A DNA stretch of 64,000 nt from Paragordius varius (Eukaryota > Animalia > Nematomorpha), in contig OZ176052.1 of the NCBI GenBank assembly GCA_964247055.1, positions 12,462,001-12,526,000 of the forward strand, given 5' to 3'. The notes beneath the pieces are model-generated. The model was given only the letters and a program-made list of their open reading frames with translations, made no database searches and had not been told where the DNA came from. Position numbers and translations under genes: made by a program. Shown here piece by piece: positions 1 through 13,250 of the stretch (positions are counted from its first letter, which is position 1; each line of letters begins with the position of its first letter).

Positions 1-393
1 ATGAATTTGAACAATTTAAACTATTACTATTATTCATTGCCCTTTTGGTATAATTATGCAGCGTCAAGTTTAAACAACATAAACAGCATATCCAATAATA
101 TGAATGTACTAAAAGAGGTTGATGCCTCCAATATCCCCGTTTCAAACAAAGCAAAAAAACTTAAATCGCCCCCTCCTCCTGAATCAAATGAATCATCTGG
201 TGATGAAATTACCATGTTGTTGTTTGAAAAGACTAGTTTTGAAACTTTGTCAAAATATGTGGACAATATGAGCCCTCAAAATATCATAGGTGATGCAAAA
301 GATTTCAACCATTCTTCCTTTTATTTCGGTAGCAGTCAACCAAATCTATCGCAAAATTCGTTGGAAATGTTAAAACTTTTTGATACTGCATAA
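1..393 (+). CDS. Probable 3' coding exon of a gene entering from the left edge; low-complexity Asn/Ser/Pro-rich, function unknown
   Basis: 130-codon stop-free frame, GC above flanks, ends TAA at 391-393. No recognisable domain. The ATG at position 1 may be internal. Confidence 0.4.
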   Translation: MNLNNLNYYYYSLPFWYNYAASSLNNINSISNNMNVLKEVDASNIPVSNKAKKLKSPPPPESNESSGDEITMLLFEKTSFETLSKYVDNMSPQNIIGDAKDFNHSSFYFGSSQPNLSQNSLEMLKLFDTA

Positions 394-1531
394 TATAATT
401 CGACATTTAACTTTTGATGATAATATCGTATCTATGTAACAGATAAAAATTGAAAGACAAGAGTCATCTACACAATTTATTTGTCATAATAAGTAAGCCA
501 TGATGAATAATACCTATCTACTTTTTATGTATCATCAAGGCGTATGTGCTTTGTGCCTTTTTTAAGCAATATTTTTACTTTTTAAATTATATTACATTCA
601 CCAAAAAAAAATACTATTACTAACTACTCTATCAAATATATATATTATATTGTTATTATAAATAAATTGTGAATCTGCCTGTACCTGTAAAATATTTATA
701 CTTTATAAACTAATATTACACGAAATAAAACATAAATCCCATCTTACATACTATAAAAATAATTGTATTGTATCTACCTTTGTCGCTCACGTAGGGCGTA
801 TATTAAGGAACTAACTCGCCTATTTTTTTGATTTGAGTTACCTGGCTGGCAATAATCTATCAAGTTTAAATGATATAACTCAATTCATCATCTCGTCAAA
901 TTACAATACAAAGTATCATTAAATAAATGATGTGTAGATTTCTTTATTATGACAAACACACACACACTTGTTTAAAAGGTATAAATATCACTAATCATCA
1001 TTTACACCACAGCATATATTTGAATGTACCTTTTCTTTGTAAATCCCTACTACATATTTATTTATTTATTGCTCTCGATTTCCTTACACAAAAAAAGAAA
1101 ACAAATTATGAAAAGAACATCGCATAGGATTGATACGTAAATAAATACCTGTATACTTTGAGTTTTGTTCAAAATATAATATATGTTAATCCCACATTTC
1201 CTGACAACAAATGCTTTTATAATAAAATCGAGGCAATTTGTTGGTAAAATAACAGTGTGTTTGTTATGTGTTAATAAGTGCAACATTTAGTCTTTAAACT
1301 ACATACATGTTGTGTAAATGTACTATCCAAAACATTTAGCCCCCATATTTATATGTTATTGCTCTTTATGTGATTAATTTTATTATAAAATGCACTACAA
1401 AACTAATTAATAAATTATTATGATAAATAATTATATATTTGGTAATATGCAAAAATTTAAAAAATGGTGGTAGGCGTATCATCTATGCCTTGCCTAACAC
1501 TTGATGACCTTTTAGGGTAGTTGCGTGTAAT

Positions 1532-1950
1532 TTAAATATCCTAAAAAGTATTTAAGGCATTAGTATGAATCTAAAATTATGCTTTCTTTAGCCTTTTTGG
1601 CGCATAATACAAAAAAATGTAAATTCATCTCAAATCTTTTCGCCATTTTTCTTTGAATTATTACAAATCGCTTATACAATAGGCAAATACATGTATATGG
1701 TTAAAAGATGTAAATTATTCTTAAGTAAGTTTTTAGGTTGCATGCAAAATCCATTTTAGATTAAGTTGTTAGCTTCATTCCTGTTTTGAGGCTGACATTT
1801 TAGTTATAAGTCACAAAACTAAATATAAGCTTTTTGATCTGATACAGAATGTTTAATAATTTTAATTAAAGTAATTTTCAAAATTGATCTCTGGATTATA
1901 TAACTACCATCGCGGACAAAAAAGTGAAAAGGTCATGAAGTGTTGATTTT
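1532..1950 (+). repeat. Dispersed repeat family E, copy 1 (begins TTAAGG; superfamily unassigned, possibly Kolobok-like)
   Basis: Colinear similarity by eye to 20790-21083 and 33127-33530. Shared blocks: TATGCTTTCTTTAGC, AAATCGCT, AAGTCACAAAACT, GGACAAAAAGTGAAAA. Confidence 0.65.
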
Positions 1951-3371
1951 AAAGAATTTTTTCTATATGCTAGTAGATTAAGACTCATATGCATATTGAG
2001 TGTTTTGATGCATGGTTGAGGCAAAATTATTATAAAGACTTCTATCACATGAGAATTTTGTTATAAAGGTTGGTTTGTCGTCAAATCGAGTTTATATTTT
2101 AACAATAGAGGATAAAATCGGCGGTATTGAGTTTCAGTAGCGTCCATAAAAGAATTAAAAATGTTATTTTTAAAAAACAACCCTAGTATATAAACATATC
2201 CACAATATCCCCTTGTATTTTTTTTTTAAAAAAAACAATTTTTCATTCTTTTATGGGTTAATTTTGTTTTATGCCATACGCTAATATAAATAGAAAAAGC
2301 GCTTTATACCAAATATACGTTTTGCTAAAATTAAAGGTCATGGTTTAAAACTCCTATCCGAAAATCTCACTGCTTATTTTAAGATGGCTAACCCATTTTA
2401 GTGGGATCCGAAAATTTGAGATTGAGCCCACGCCTAAAAATTAATGTAAATACTTTATTCTGAAGTCTAAGCTTTCATCTCAATAATTTAATTGAATATA
2501 ATGTCGGCTATTTTTGCTACTATCCAATGTGAGCAATTCCCATAAAAAATAACTTTATATACAAATCGTGACCCAAAACCAAAGGACCATGTTAATCTTG
2601 TTATATATATTTATCGTAATGTATATATATGATATTTTAAAAATATTGTTATGGAAATGTTTAATTTTATAATGCTCAACAATCTTTATTTCATATCTAT
2701 CGACAACTCATTTTACATAATTTTGAAATTAGGTAAAAAAAATTTGCTATCACTAGGCTCGCTATATTTTTATTGTTCAAGGTTTTATTCAAAATTTTTA
2801 ACGTGTTTTGTTTAGTATTATCTATATAAAATATATTTTTGGTAACAATATTTTTGTCCAAATATTTGAATATCTCCATAAATTCAATATTGTTATGAAT
2901 TTACGATTGAACATTGAATGCAAATATAAGTTAGCTTTAGTTATTGTGTCCTTAAACTAAAATAAACAAATAAGATAAAGAAACAATAGTCAGTTACGGT
3001 TATAAATATAATTTGACTATTTGGTAAATATTAAATTTTAGTTTGCTTAGCGATGTTATGAACAAAGGGTAGCTAAAATTAACTTATAATTTATGAATGT
3101 AAAATCTCTGCAAAAGGACATGCTTTGGTAGACTAGATTCTTCAAGATCGCTTAGAGACATTTTGCCTCTGATTAAATCGTCTTAAAATAATGTTGTAAA
3201 TTCTTTAATTAAAAAAATAATTTTTATAAAGACAAAGAATATCTATTTTTAGTTATCTACGAATTCTCCCATTTAACTGATGCCATTAATATATATATAA
3301 TTTACTAAAACCCACATTTATTCAAACGCTGACCTGATATAACGCACTACTTGTGCTAATTTAGAAAATTT

Positions 3372-4175
3372 GTGAATGGGGCAACATGGTGGCTGGTATT
3401 TTCTTTATGCAGACGACCTAATAGTGCTGTCCGACGAGTTGCATGAAAAAGAATTGGTGGGTAAATGGATTGATGTGTTACGACGATGCGGATTAAAAGT
3501 TAATAAAAAAACGGAACTGATAAATTTTGGCGGGAAAAAAGAGAAATAGAATTAGAAGAAGGGTGGGTATTAAAAGGTCAGGAGGAATGCAAATATTTAG
3601 GCGCGATATTAGCAGCAGATGGTTCTTTAACACTTGATATTAATTTAAGAATTCGAAATAGTTGGGCAAATTATAAAAAGATCTCAAGTGTTTTGTGCGA
3701 CAAAAACATTGACCTAAAAGTAAAGGGTAAGATTTACAGTGCTGTTGTCCAACCAACAATGATGTACAACTCACAGACATGGGCAATAAAGAAATCAGAA
3801 GAGAGGCACTTTAAGGTTACTGAAATGAGAATGCTTAGATTGATGTGCGGTGTAACGAGGAATGACAAGGTGAAGAATGTCTACATAAGAGGAAGTACGG
3901 AAATCAAATCGATAACGCAAAAGATGATGGTAAATCGTTTAAGATGGTTCGGACATGTTGAAAGAAGAGATAAAAATTACATTGGTAAAAAGATTGATGA
4001 TTATATTGTAAAAGGCAAGAGGGGAAAAGGGCGCCCTAAAACGCGATGGATAGATACAGTTAAGAGGGACTTGGCAAAACTGAACCTAAAACTCGAAGAC
4101 GCCTTAGACAGGGTTCTATGGCGAAATAGTTTACGATATGACCCGAAAGAGTGATACATATAATGTAATTATTAT
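3372..4175 (+). mobile_element. 5'-truncated, frameshifted RTE-clade non-LTR retrotransposon (RT C-terminal part)
   Basis: FLYADDLIVL (YADD at 3406-3417), frameshift near 3530, then KYLG, MYNSQTW, RLRWFGHVERR and GRPKTRWID motifs typical of RTE ORF ends. Short TAT/TAA-like tail. Confidence 0.9.
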
Positions 4176-5590
4176 TATATATTGCAAAATAAGTTGGTTA
4201 TGATCAAATGAACGTTAAAATCATAAAAGTGCATTGAACATATATATTTAAAGTTATAATTGAACTAAAATTTATATAAAAAACTTATACTAATTAAAAA
4301 CCGTCTTAAACCTCCCAAAAATATAATCCTTAAACAAAACTAGCTTTAAAATTACATCGGTATCTGAAATTAATAAATATTAGCTGAAACTATATATATT
4401 GCAAGGGCCTCAAAATTATACGCCAAATATTGAGACGTCCCCACAAATGACAACTGCATAAATGTTGCAGATAAATTTGGAAAGATAAGGCCTAATCTAA
4501 ACTATGTAAAATAAAAAAGTTCGGTTTTCCAAGTCCAAACCAAACCAAAAATTAAGATTATTTTTATATAGGGTCACCATATTTTTAGGTCCTTGATTTT
4601 TCTATATAATTTAAATTATTATATGGACCACCCTCAAGACCAAACTTAACCCCAAAACACCTCGGTTTATTATGAAACATTTATTTTTAAATAAACGTAA
4701 ATGCCCCGGTCATTAATCAAATTTAATATTTATATCTAAGCGATTATAGGAATAGCGATCTTCTCAATGTATCGAAAAAGCATTTGTAAACCCTTTTGAA
4801 ACAAATTTCATATTTAAAAGTTGTAGAGCCATTAAAAAAAATAGATTCCAATTCATTTAAATACAAAACGCTTTTGAAAACAATTTGAAAGAACAAACAA
4901 ACCTTCTTCTTAGTAAAACATAAGATCATATTAAATTATTTGCTGTTAAACACTAACGGATAAATCATGACGAGGTAAAGACAACAACGAAAATTCTAGA
5001 AGGATGGGAAGTATATATGCTTGAAACACTTTTAACCGTTTTCAAGCAGATTCGCAGCTTGCATTTCTGGCGACCAGTCCATGAATCCGTGATGACGCTC
5101 CCTCCCCATCAAATAAAATTTAAACCGTTTTCATGATCACTCATAAATATTTAAAATAATAACTATAATAACTTTTAAATACCTATTTTTTGAAATAAAA
5201 TTAAAAAAAATTAAAATCTGGCGTCCCTTATGGCGGCCGTTACATTAGCCCCCCTTTCCCCCCTCTAACTACGCCTCTGTTTTCAATGATATTTATTTAA
5301 GAAGATGGAAAGGACATAAAAAAGAGTACATGACTGTTATTCAGAGGAGTGAAGTAACACTCACCATAAAACTATAAACGGCCGCAAATAATGTATATCT
5401 TGCCTTTAGGGCCGTGCATCATATAATCCCGATAAAAATTTCATAATAGCTGTTTGACACATTTGCAGATATACTCATAATAAGTATACCAAAAAATTTA
5501 ACAGGGCCACAAAGAGGCGACACTGGAAGAAATCATCATTAAACCATTATTACTTAACCAATATTGGCAACTACGCCTTCTCTTAATATA

Positions 5591-5891
5591 GCATTTACAG
5601 TTCAAATTCACCCTTAAACAATTTAAATTCACCCTTGAACAAATTCAAATTCCCTCCGAACAATTCAAATTCACCCTAAAATAAATTATGTGTTTTTAAG
5701 ATTATATATTCCCTATATTTTTTTATATTTATAAATCAAAATAATACTGAAAAAATAATAAACTTTGCCATAAAAATATATTTTATTTTAATGATTAGTA
5801 AACCAAAATTTGATAATTTATTTTTAGGGTGTATTTGAAATGTTCAAGGGTGAATTTAAATTGTTCAAGGGTGAACTTGAATTGTAAATGG
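5591..5891. mobile_element. MITE, CCATTT clan type C (21-bp unit AACAATTCAAATTCACCCTTG)
   Basis: TATA-gCATTTACAGTTCAAATTCACCC ... GGGTGAACTTGAATTGTAAATGG-TATA. Inverted subterminal arrays. Sister copies at 57395, 58525 and 59487. Confidence 0.85.
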
Positions 5892-8028
5892 TATATTAAA
5901 TTTGCACAAAAACAATTTAAATCAATACTATACCAGGAATTTCCGATGCAAGTGACTTCACGGGCCGCATTTTCAGCTCAATTTAATATTTGTTTATTCC
6001 GTTGGTAAAAAATACATCATCATTTCCACATTTGAAAAAAGCAAGAAGTGATGTTTATCTCCAATAAAATTCAAATCTACGGTTTTTGTCTAAAAAATTT
6101 AAATAAATGGTTTTTTTACCTTGTGTTACTCATAGTATTTTACGAAATCGAATTATATGGTAATGTGTTGTATATATAATTTGACGGTCTTCAAATAACG
6201 CTTTACCGCAACAATTAATGGTATTGTTGATCAAAATATATATATTCCGAATTGTTAAAATAAATTTGAAGTAAATGAAAAAAAATTTAATTTTGCTAAA
6301 ATATATTCGTTAATTATAATTTTTCAAATTTTTCGCGGGGTTGTTAATTTTTTTGGCATTTACACCTCAAATTTAGCCTTGACATTATTAATTTATTAAT
6401 ATATTTTTCTGAAAATCAAAAATTACTTATTTTTAACAAAGAAACAAATGATTAACTATGCCATAAAAATATTTTCACATCGATAATTCCCAAAATCACA
6501 ATTTATTTTTAGAGAGAATTCGAAAGGGTGAAATGGAAGTATTCAGGATGAATTTGAGGTGCAAACTGCCTACAAAAACTTTGTAATCTCTAAAATTTTT
6601 GATCTCTCCACTTTTACTATCAACTATTGTGTGATATGCTCATTTCATATATGTAATGGCAACTTAGAGGATTGTAAAATATCAAAGAAAAATAGCGATT
6701 ATCGAAAAAAAACTTTTATAACTCGCTTTTCCAAATTTTTTGCTTTGTGATTAAATTTTGGGGTGGAATTACAAATCGGGCCACTCACAAACAAAGAAAC
6801 TTTTTTGGATTAAATAAATTTTATCTCATTACTTAAGCGCAAACTCATATTCTCGGTCAACCAACCTTCTTTTAAACTAAACTGTATTTGATAAAATCTA
6901 AAATGGTAGTTTATTTATTGTTAATATTATCTGGGAATATCACAATTCCCTAAAATCAATTATATATGTGTTTATTATTAGGATAAAATAAAACTTTAAA
7001 ATTCTCTCATTGGGGGGCTAAACTATATTCCAATGCGTCTTTATAATTATTTTTTTAATCGGAGATATCCCCTAGAATCAAAAAACCACTATACTGTAAA
7101 TTGCTATCCATATCCGATCACTGTAATAGCCTTTTCAGCTGGCAGTAAATATATGTTTTTATAACCGGGTGTCAGATTAAAACCATATAGCATATATATT
7201 GCATTTCAATAATTAAATTGTCAAGTCTAAAGCAAAAAACATACCACACCTAGAAATAACGGGCTGGGATCAATCAGTTATGCATTTATATCTTGCAACT
7301 GCTTACAAAATATAATTTATAATTTATATGACATGTGTATCGATTTTATATTTATTTTTATTTATAATTTTATTGACACTCTGAAAACTAAATTGGCAAT
7401 CGTTTTTTAAGTTCGATAATATTTACGAAAGTCTAATTAATTTGAACCCTAAAAATCTTACAGATTTTATATTATAATATAGTGTTGAAAATATAAACAG
7501 AGATTTTCGACAGTTATCGTTAATACTGGTTATATTGATGCTTTTTATATAATATTAATCTAACCAAAATTACATCATTTTAAAACTTTTCTCGTTAAAA
7601 TATATAAACATTGAATCTCTAAAATATATATAATAAATAGAGGTAAAAATTAAAACAGAAAACCACCAACCCAAATCAAGTTATTGGTTTTGATAGTTTT
7701 AATAAATATCAATAAATTAATATTTTTTGCAATAAATTTAAGTTATCATTATTTTCTGTATTTTATTTTATCTCGTGATTTACAGATGTATAAAGAAATG
7801 GTTATTTTGTAAGCGGTATAACAAAATATATATATTATCAACTATCACTTTATCTTTATGTTTAATACCAAATCGTTTTTCCCGAGTTCATTAAGAAAAT
7901 CAAACTTGTTAAGTCCAAAATACAGTAATAAAATAGCCCTGTAAAATAAAAGTCGCTATTTGAAAAGTTGATAACCTTGATTAGATGTAAAATATATGAT
8001 TAGTCAACCATAAAATTATATATATATA

Positions 8029-9539
8029 CCATTTTTCATGCAAAAACATCATTTTTTCAACCAAATGCAACATTTTTTCAAGCAAACGCAACATTTTTTC
8101 AAGCAAACGCAACATTTTTTCAAGCAAATGCAACAATTTTTCAAGCAAACGCAACATTTTTTCAAGCAAACGCAACATTTTTTAAGCAAATGCAACATTT
8201 TTTCATCCAAATACAACATTTTTTCATCCAAACGCAACATTTTTTCAACCAAAGACAACATTTTTTCAAGCAAAAACAACACTTTTTTTAATATTACAAA
8301 GAGTTACTATTTATTGTTAATTATAAATTATTTATTAAATTTTAAGTTAATGTAATTTATTTTTAGCGTTGAATTACGATTTTAATCGTTTTATCATCAA
8401 TATTTGATGGTAAAATTGATTTTCAAACATTTTGATTTTGCCCATAAATTGCCGTATTTATTTATATTAATTATATTTTTCTTTTACAATTTTAGTTTAG
8501 CCTAATCAAATTATTTAATTTGCACTTCAAGAGTGTCTTTGAGAGTTTAAAGTCGTCCTTCACTTCAAATTGGTCCTTTGACTTTTTTGTTTTGTTTTTA
8601 ACTTTTATTAATTAAATCAAAAATAATTTATCTATTTTATTGTTTTTAACCTATTTTCTATTATTTAACATAAATTTTAAATCGATATCAACTTTCGATC
8701 TTTGAGAAACCGTATATTAATTCTTAAAATAATTTCAGATATTTATAACACGAAAAAAAATATATGAGTTTTCTGGGTTATTAAAAAAATTTCATTAAAA
8801 ACATTAAAAGTTAATAATTTTGTTTAATTAAAAAAATATTTTGAAACAAAAAAGTGGTTTTTCAATAAAAATTTTTATTTTTAAATAACAAATATATATA
8901 AATAAAGAAATTTAGGTTAATAAATAATAATATTAAAAAATAAATGCAAAAATTAGGGTAAAACAAAATTTATATTTTTTAAGGACCAACTTAAAGAGTT
9001 CAAGGACCCACTTGAAGTGTTCAAAGACACTCTTGAAGTGCAAATTTAATTTGATCAGGCGAATTGTAAAAGAAAAATATAATTAATATAAATAAATACG
9101 GCAATTTATGGGCAAAATCAAAATGTTTGAAAATCAATTTTACCATTAAATATTGATGATAAAACGATTAAAATCGTAATTCAACGCTAAAAATAAATTA
9201 CATTAACTTAAAATTTAATAAATAATTTATAATTAACAATAAATAGTAACTCTTTGTAAAAAAGTGTTGTTTTTGCTTGAAAAAATGTTGCGTTTGCTTG
9301 AAAAAATGTTGTCTTTGGTTGAAAAAATGTTGCGTTTGGATGAAAAAATGTTGCGTTTGCTTGAAAAAATGTTGCGTTTGCTTGAAAAAATGTTGCGTAT
9401 GCTTGAAAAAATGTTGTCTTTGCTTGAAAAAATGTTGCATTTGCTTAAAAAATTGTTGCCTTTGCTTGAAAAAATGTTGCGTTTGCTTGAAAAAATGGTG
9501 CGTTTGATTGAAAAAATGATGTTTTTGCATGAAAAATGG
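8029..9539. mobile_element. Composite foldback MITE, CCATTT clan type A: ~490-bp inverted arms with 21-bp arrays (AACATTTTTTCAAGCAAACGC) enclosing a type B MITE
   Basis: Arms 8029-~8517 and ~9046-9539 are reverse complements. Termini TATA-CCATTT and AAATGG-TATA. About 11-12 tandem 21-mers per arm. Confidence 0.9.
8518..9045 (-). mobile_element. Type B MITE nested at the centre of the 8029-9539 element
   Basis: Ends TGCACTTCAAGAGTGTC / GACACTCTTGAAGTGCA. Interior is the reverse complement of 14720-15355. Terminal CC/GG absent. Confidence 0.85.
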
Positions 9540-11034
9540 TATATTAATATAAATTTGCATCCTCAATAACTCATTTAAAAATGTACACTTAAATATCGGA
9601 AAACGTTGAATTATGTACCCTTTTTGTTTATTTAGCGGAAAGGTAAAGGGGGGACATTTAAATTTGTAGTTTCATGCCTCTATTATTTTCAAATTAAAGA
9701 AACTAAAATGTTTAAGATTCATGTGAAAATAATTAGGAAGGATCGAAAATCGAAGCCGGTTTTGTTTTCGGTTTGAAATGATTTTTATGTCCCTACTTCC
9801 GGTTCGTAATATTTTTTCCAAAAAAAACGATTCCAGACAAAATGTTTTTTGCCAAAAAAGTTTGAATCTGTGTAGCTAGTTGTTTATTTTGGTTCCCATT
9901 CTTTTTGGTCAAATTGTTCTTATTTCATTTTATAATTTTTTGATGGAGCGTAATTAAATAGCAGAAAAATATAAACTTTTAAATGACCAAATTTAATTTA
10001 TGCTATAGTACTGTTAAAAAATATCATTTATTATTCAAATAATAAGTCACCAATAAAAAATTTTTAACCTTTATTGGAACCGCGATTTTTTGTATATTTT
10101 GAGGTTTTAAAACGGTTAAAAAAGTTTTGGCTCCGATTCCAATATTTTTAAGTTAACTTTTTAAGATAAAACTAATGCTATTATAACAAGTTCATTAAAA
10201 GTTAACACTTTAAACTTAAAACACACTTAGTTTTATCAATTATGATGTGTGATATTCCGTTCTCCAATGAAAAACCATAAAATATCGTAATAATTATTTA
10301 CACATTTCATATTTTGTTAAAGCGATAAAAAAATATTTCATTATTAAAATATGTATATATAATTTTTTTAAAACAATAAAACAATGATCATAAAAATTAT
10401 TAAATAAGTATTGTATTGTATTGTAAAACAATTTAGCCGAATTCTTAAAGTGTTTAGCAATTATAAACGGATTTTTTGATATGCAAAATATTTTTAACAT
10501 GGTTCTAATTTTCACCATAAAAATTATTTTTGTGGTCTATCTTAATAGTAAAAGTTCAACACAAACAATATAAAGAAAGTTTTTTAACGTTTGAACAAAC
10601 AGACTTATCAAATTTTTTAAAGGCCAAATTGTATGGAAAAAAAGCTTTTTTGCTACAAGTTGTTAAATGTAAAATTAATTTTTGTAACATGGAAAATATA
10701 TATATGTACATACATATATGTAATTAATTAATTTTAAACTGACATTTCGAAACAATTAAAAATTTATTTTTTGGCTAAAAATAATGAATTTTATCAAATC
10801 GAAACAAGTTAGCAGAGCAGCAGTTATGTGGTTTTTATGCTTAATTTTCCGATAAGAGCCATATAACAAACAAAATACAATTTTTTGTGATAAAAGTATA
10901 ACTTAACATTCGATACGTAGGCACCATGAAAAAAAAGAAATATTGACAGTTTGAAGCTTATATCACAATTTAATTTAACTGGTGTACATTGTATAAATTC
11001 TATTTTTAATTTTTATATCATTTCAAAATAATTT

Positions 11035-12366
11035 ATGGACTCAAAAAAATTGGATATCCCTACTTCCATTACCAATCAAAACTTACCTGTGGGCAAAAAT
11101 CAAACGCATTTTAACGTTTGTTCGCCCTTTCTATATTTTCCTCCCAATCACTCACAAGATTCTTTTGGACGAAGTAATAATCCTGAATATTTGAAAGGTT
11201 TTTGGGAAACATTTTATTTTCGTTACAATTATATAAATTGTATTAATTATCACAAAGATGTGAATCAAAACTATCATCTAAACAAAAGTATTCCTTATTC
11301 AACGTTTGAACCTGTAGGTGTGATTGCTAATGATACAAATGTAGATGCCAAGATAAATAGGACAAATGCCTCAAAAAGTAACAATTTAAAAATAAAACAT
11401 CCCGAAAAATATCCGGTGAATTCGAATACTTTATACCAATTTACAGATAAAGAACCGCTTAATATTAATTTAACTCCTAAAAGTCCGAATAAAAATTCAA
11501 TCGCCGCTTCATATAATGAAAAAAGGACTTTTACCGAAAGAAAAAAAGTACGAACACCAAAATGTGCTCGATGTAGGAATCACGGAGAAGTTTCTTTACT
11601 TCGAGGTCACAAAAGATACTGTAATTGGAAGGATTGTGAATGTCATAATTGTCAACTTGTGGCTCAGCGACAAAAAATAATGGCAGCTCAGGTAGCTCAT
11701 AGAAGGCAACAAGCTTTGGAAGAATCTAGAAAAAATATCATTCTTGATAAAACAAATGTTAATTGTTTTTCAACTCCGTCCTCTACTAATTCGCCAATCG
11801 ATAACAAACAAATAGAAAACCAAAATTTTTTTTGCCAAAAGCAATGTTTTAAAAGGCGTCGTTGTAAATCTCTGACCGCTAATGAAGCAAATGATAATTT
11901 ATTAGATAGTAGAGTCAACATACACGCTCAAACAACCAAGAATTATCCTTTCTTTAAAAGTTTTACCATCAAAATATTTTATTAAAAATTAACTTTTATA
12001 ATTTTCTAAAATTTTTAAAATTCTATGCTAGATGTCAATCACAACCAAAGTGACAAATGGAATCATAAGCCATACAATTTTAGCGAAACACGGCACATGG
12101 AAATAAACAAAGAAAAATATTCCGAAGAAATAATGAATAATCTTTACAAACTTATATTTGAATATGAGTCAACATTTTGTGAGACATCCTTGAAAGGTCC
12201 AAATTTGTCCCAAAACACTTCAAAGTTTATGATAAACTCACTTATATCGGCTTTGCTAATGAGTTGTAATGATAACGAACAACAAGCTTACAATTATTTT
12301 AGAAAATCAGTCAAAAATTTTGCATCTAACAACCCTCAGACCAATAATTTAAGACTAATTTTGTGA
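11035..12366 (+). CDS. Dmrt: DM-domain transcription factor, DMRTA/Dmrt99B-like; exons 11035-11959 and 12032-12366
   Basis: Complete DM domain [12 protein letters not shown]...[16 protein letters not shown]...[20 protein letters not shown] phase-1 72-nt GT-AG intron joins the two ORFs in frame. Exon 2 has a DMA-like segment ([20 protein letters not shown]). A possible extra in-frame 60-nt intron at 11198-11257 is unresolved. Confidence 0.9.
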
Positions 12367-12655
12367 CCTTGGACATGATAATTATGTAACTTTCTTCCGA
12401 ATAAAAAAATTTAATTAACAAATATAAAAATCTTTTACTCCTTTTGTATGATATTCATTCAGGTGCAAATATTTGCCGAAACGTTAAAATCAATAAATTA
12501 TGGAAAGCAATTACATATTTTGTTTTTCATGTTACAATAAATTTACTAAAAATTCCAACTTAAGTCAATAAATTATTAAATTAATATATTTTCACTGCCT
12601 ACATTGATTTGTTAACAAAATATATACCAATTTTAATATAATTTGAATACGTGTT

Positions 12656-12750
12656 AACACTTCGATTCAAATTAGGGGATGTAAATACCCAAGACTATAT
12701 TTAAGTTAATATTCTTAAATTACTACTAAAAGAAACGGCAATTTAAATAT
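12656..12750 (+). repeat. Short dispersed repeat end shared with 51171-51270 (TTAACACTTCGATTCAAATT(A/G)GGG)
   Basis: About 90 bp of similarity by eye. A partial inverted partner CCCCAATTTGAATC...AAGTGTTAA lies at ~51664-51714. Probably a TTAA-flanked MITE. Confidence 0.5.
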
Positions 12751-13250
12751 GATAATTTAAAATATATATAATAAAAGCGAAAAAGGAGTGAGTTTTAAGG
12801 ACATTAGTTGGTATCATTTTCAAGTATATAATTTGTTAAACAACCCTTTTAGGAGACAACAATTGGTAATTGATTTATCGCATAATAAATTACAAATCAT
12901 TAGGTACCAAAAATGCATAATACCAATCTGTAGCTAGAGAAATAATTAAATTTTGTCATGGATGGCTATATAATATTTCGGTTACGGTTAATCTCTTTAA
13001 TAGATTTGAATACTTACCATTTCCAAAGATATTTAACATAAAAGCAATCCGCAATATCCCATAAAATTCCAGTAGTGTTAACATTAAAAAAGCTAAAATT
13101 CCTAAATCTAACTCCACAAAGCAATTATTAAAATTGTTATTTTTGGATGGAGATAAGGGTATCACAAACGAAGCAAAAAACTTAAAGACTGATTTTCAGC
13201 AGTCATTCTTTTTCATATATTTGATATATTAATTCAAAAATTAGCTGATA

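Noticed and set aside
7981-9569. Heptad-repeat ORFs (MLRLLEK, KQTQHFF, KCCVCLK) resembling coiled-coil or Cys-rich proteins
   Set aside because: They are translations of 21-bp tandem arrays in the inverted arms of a MITE, open on both strands and in several frames. No evidence of real coding.
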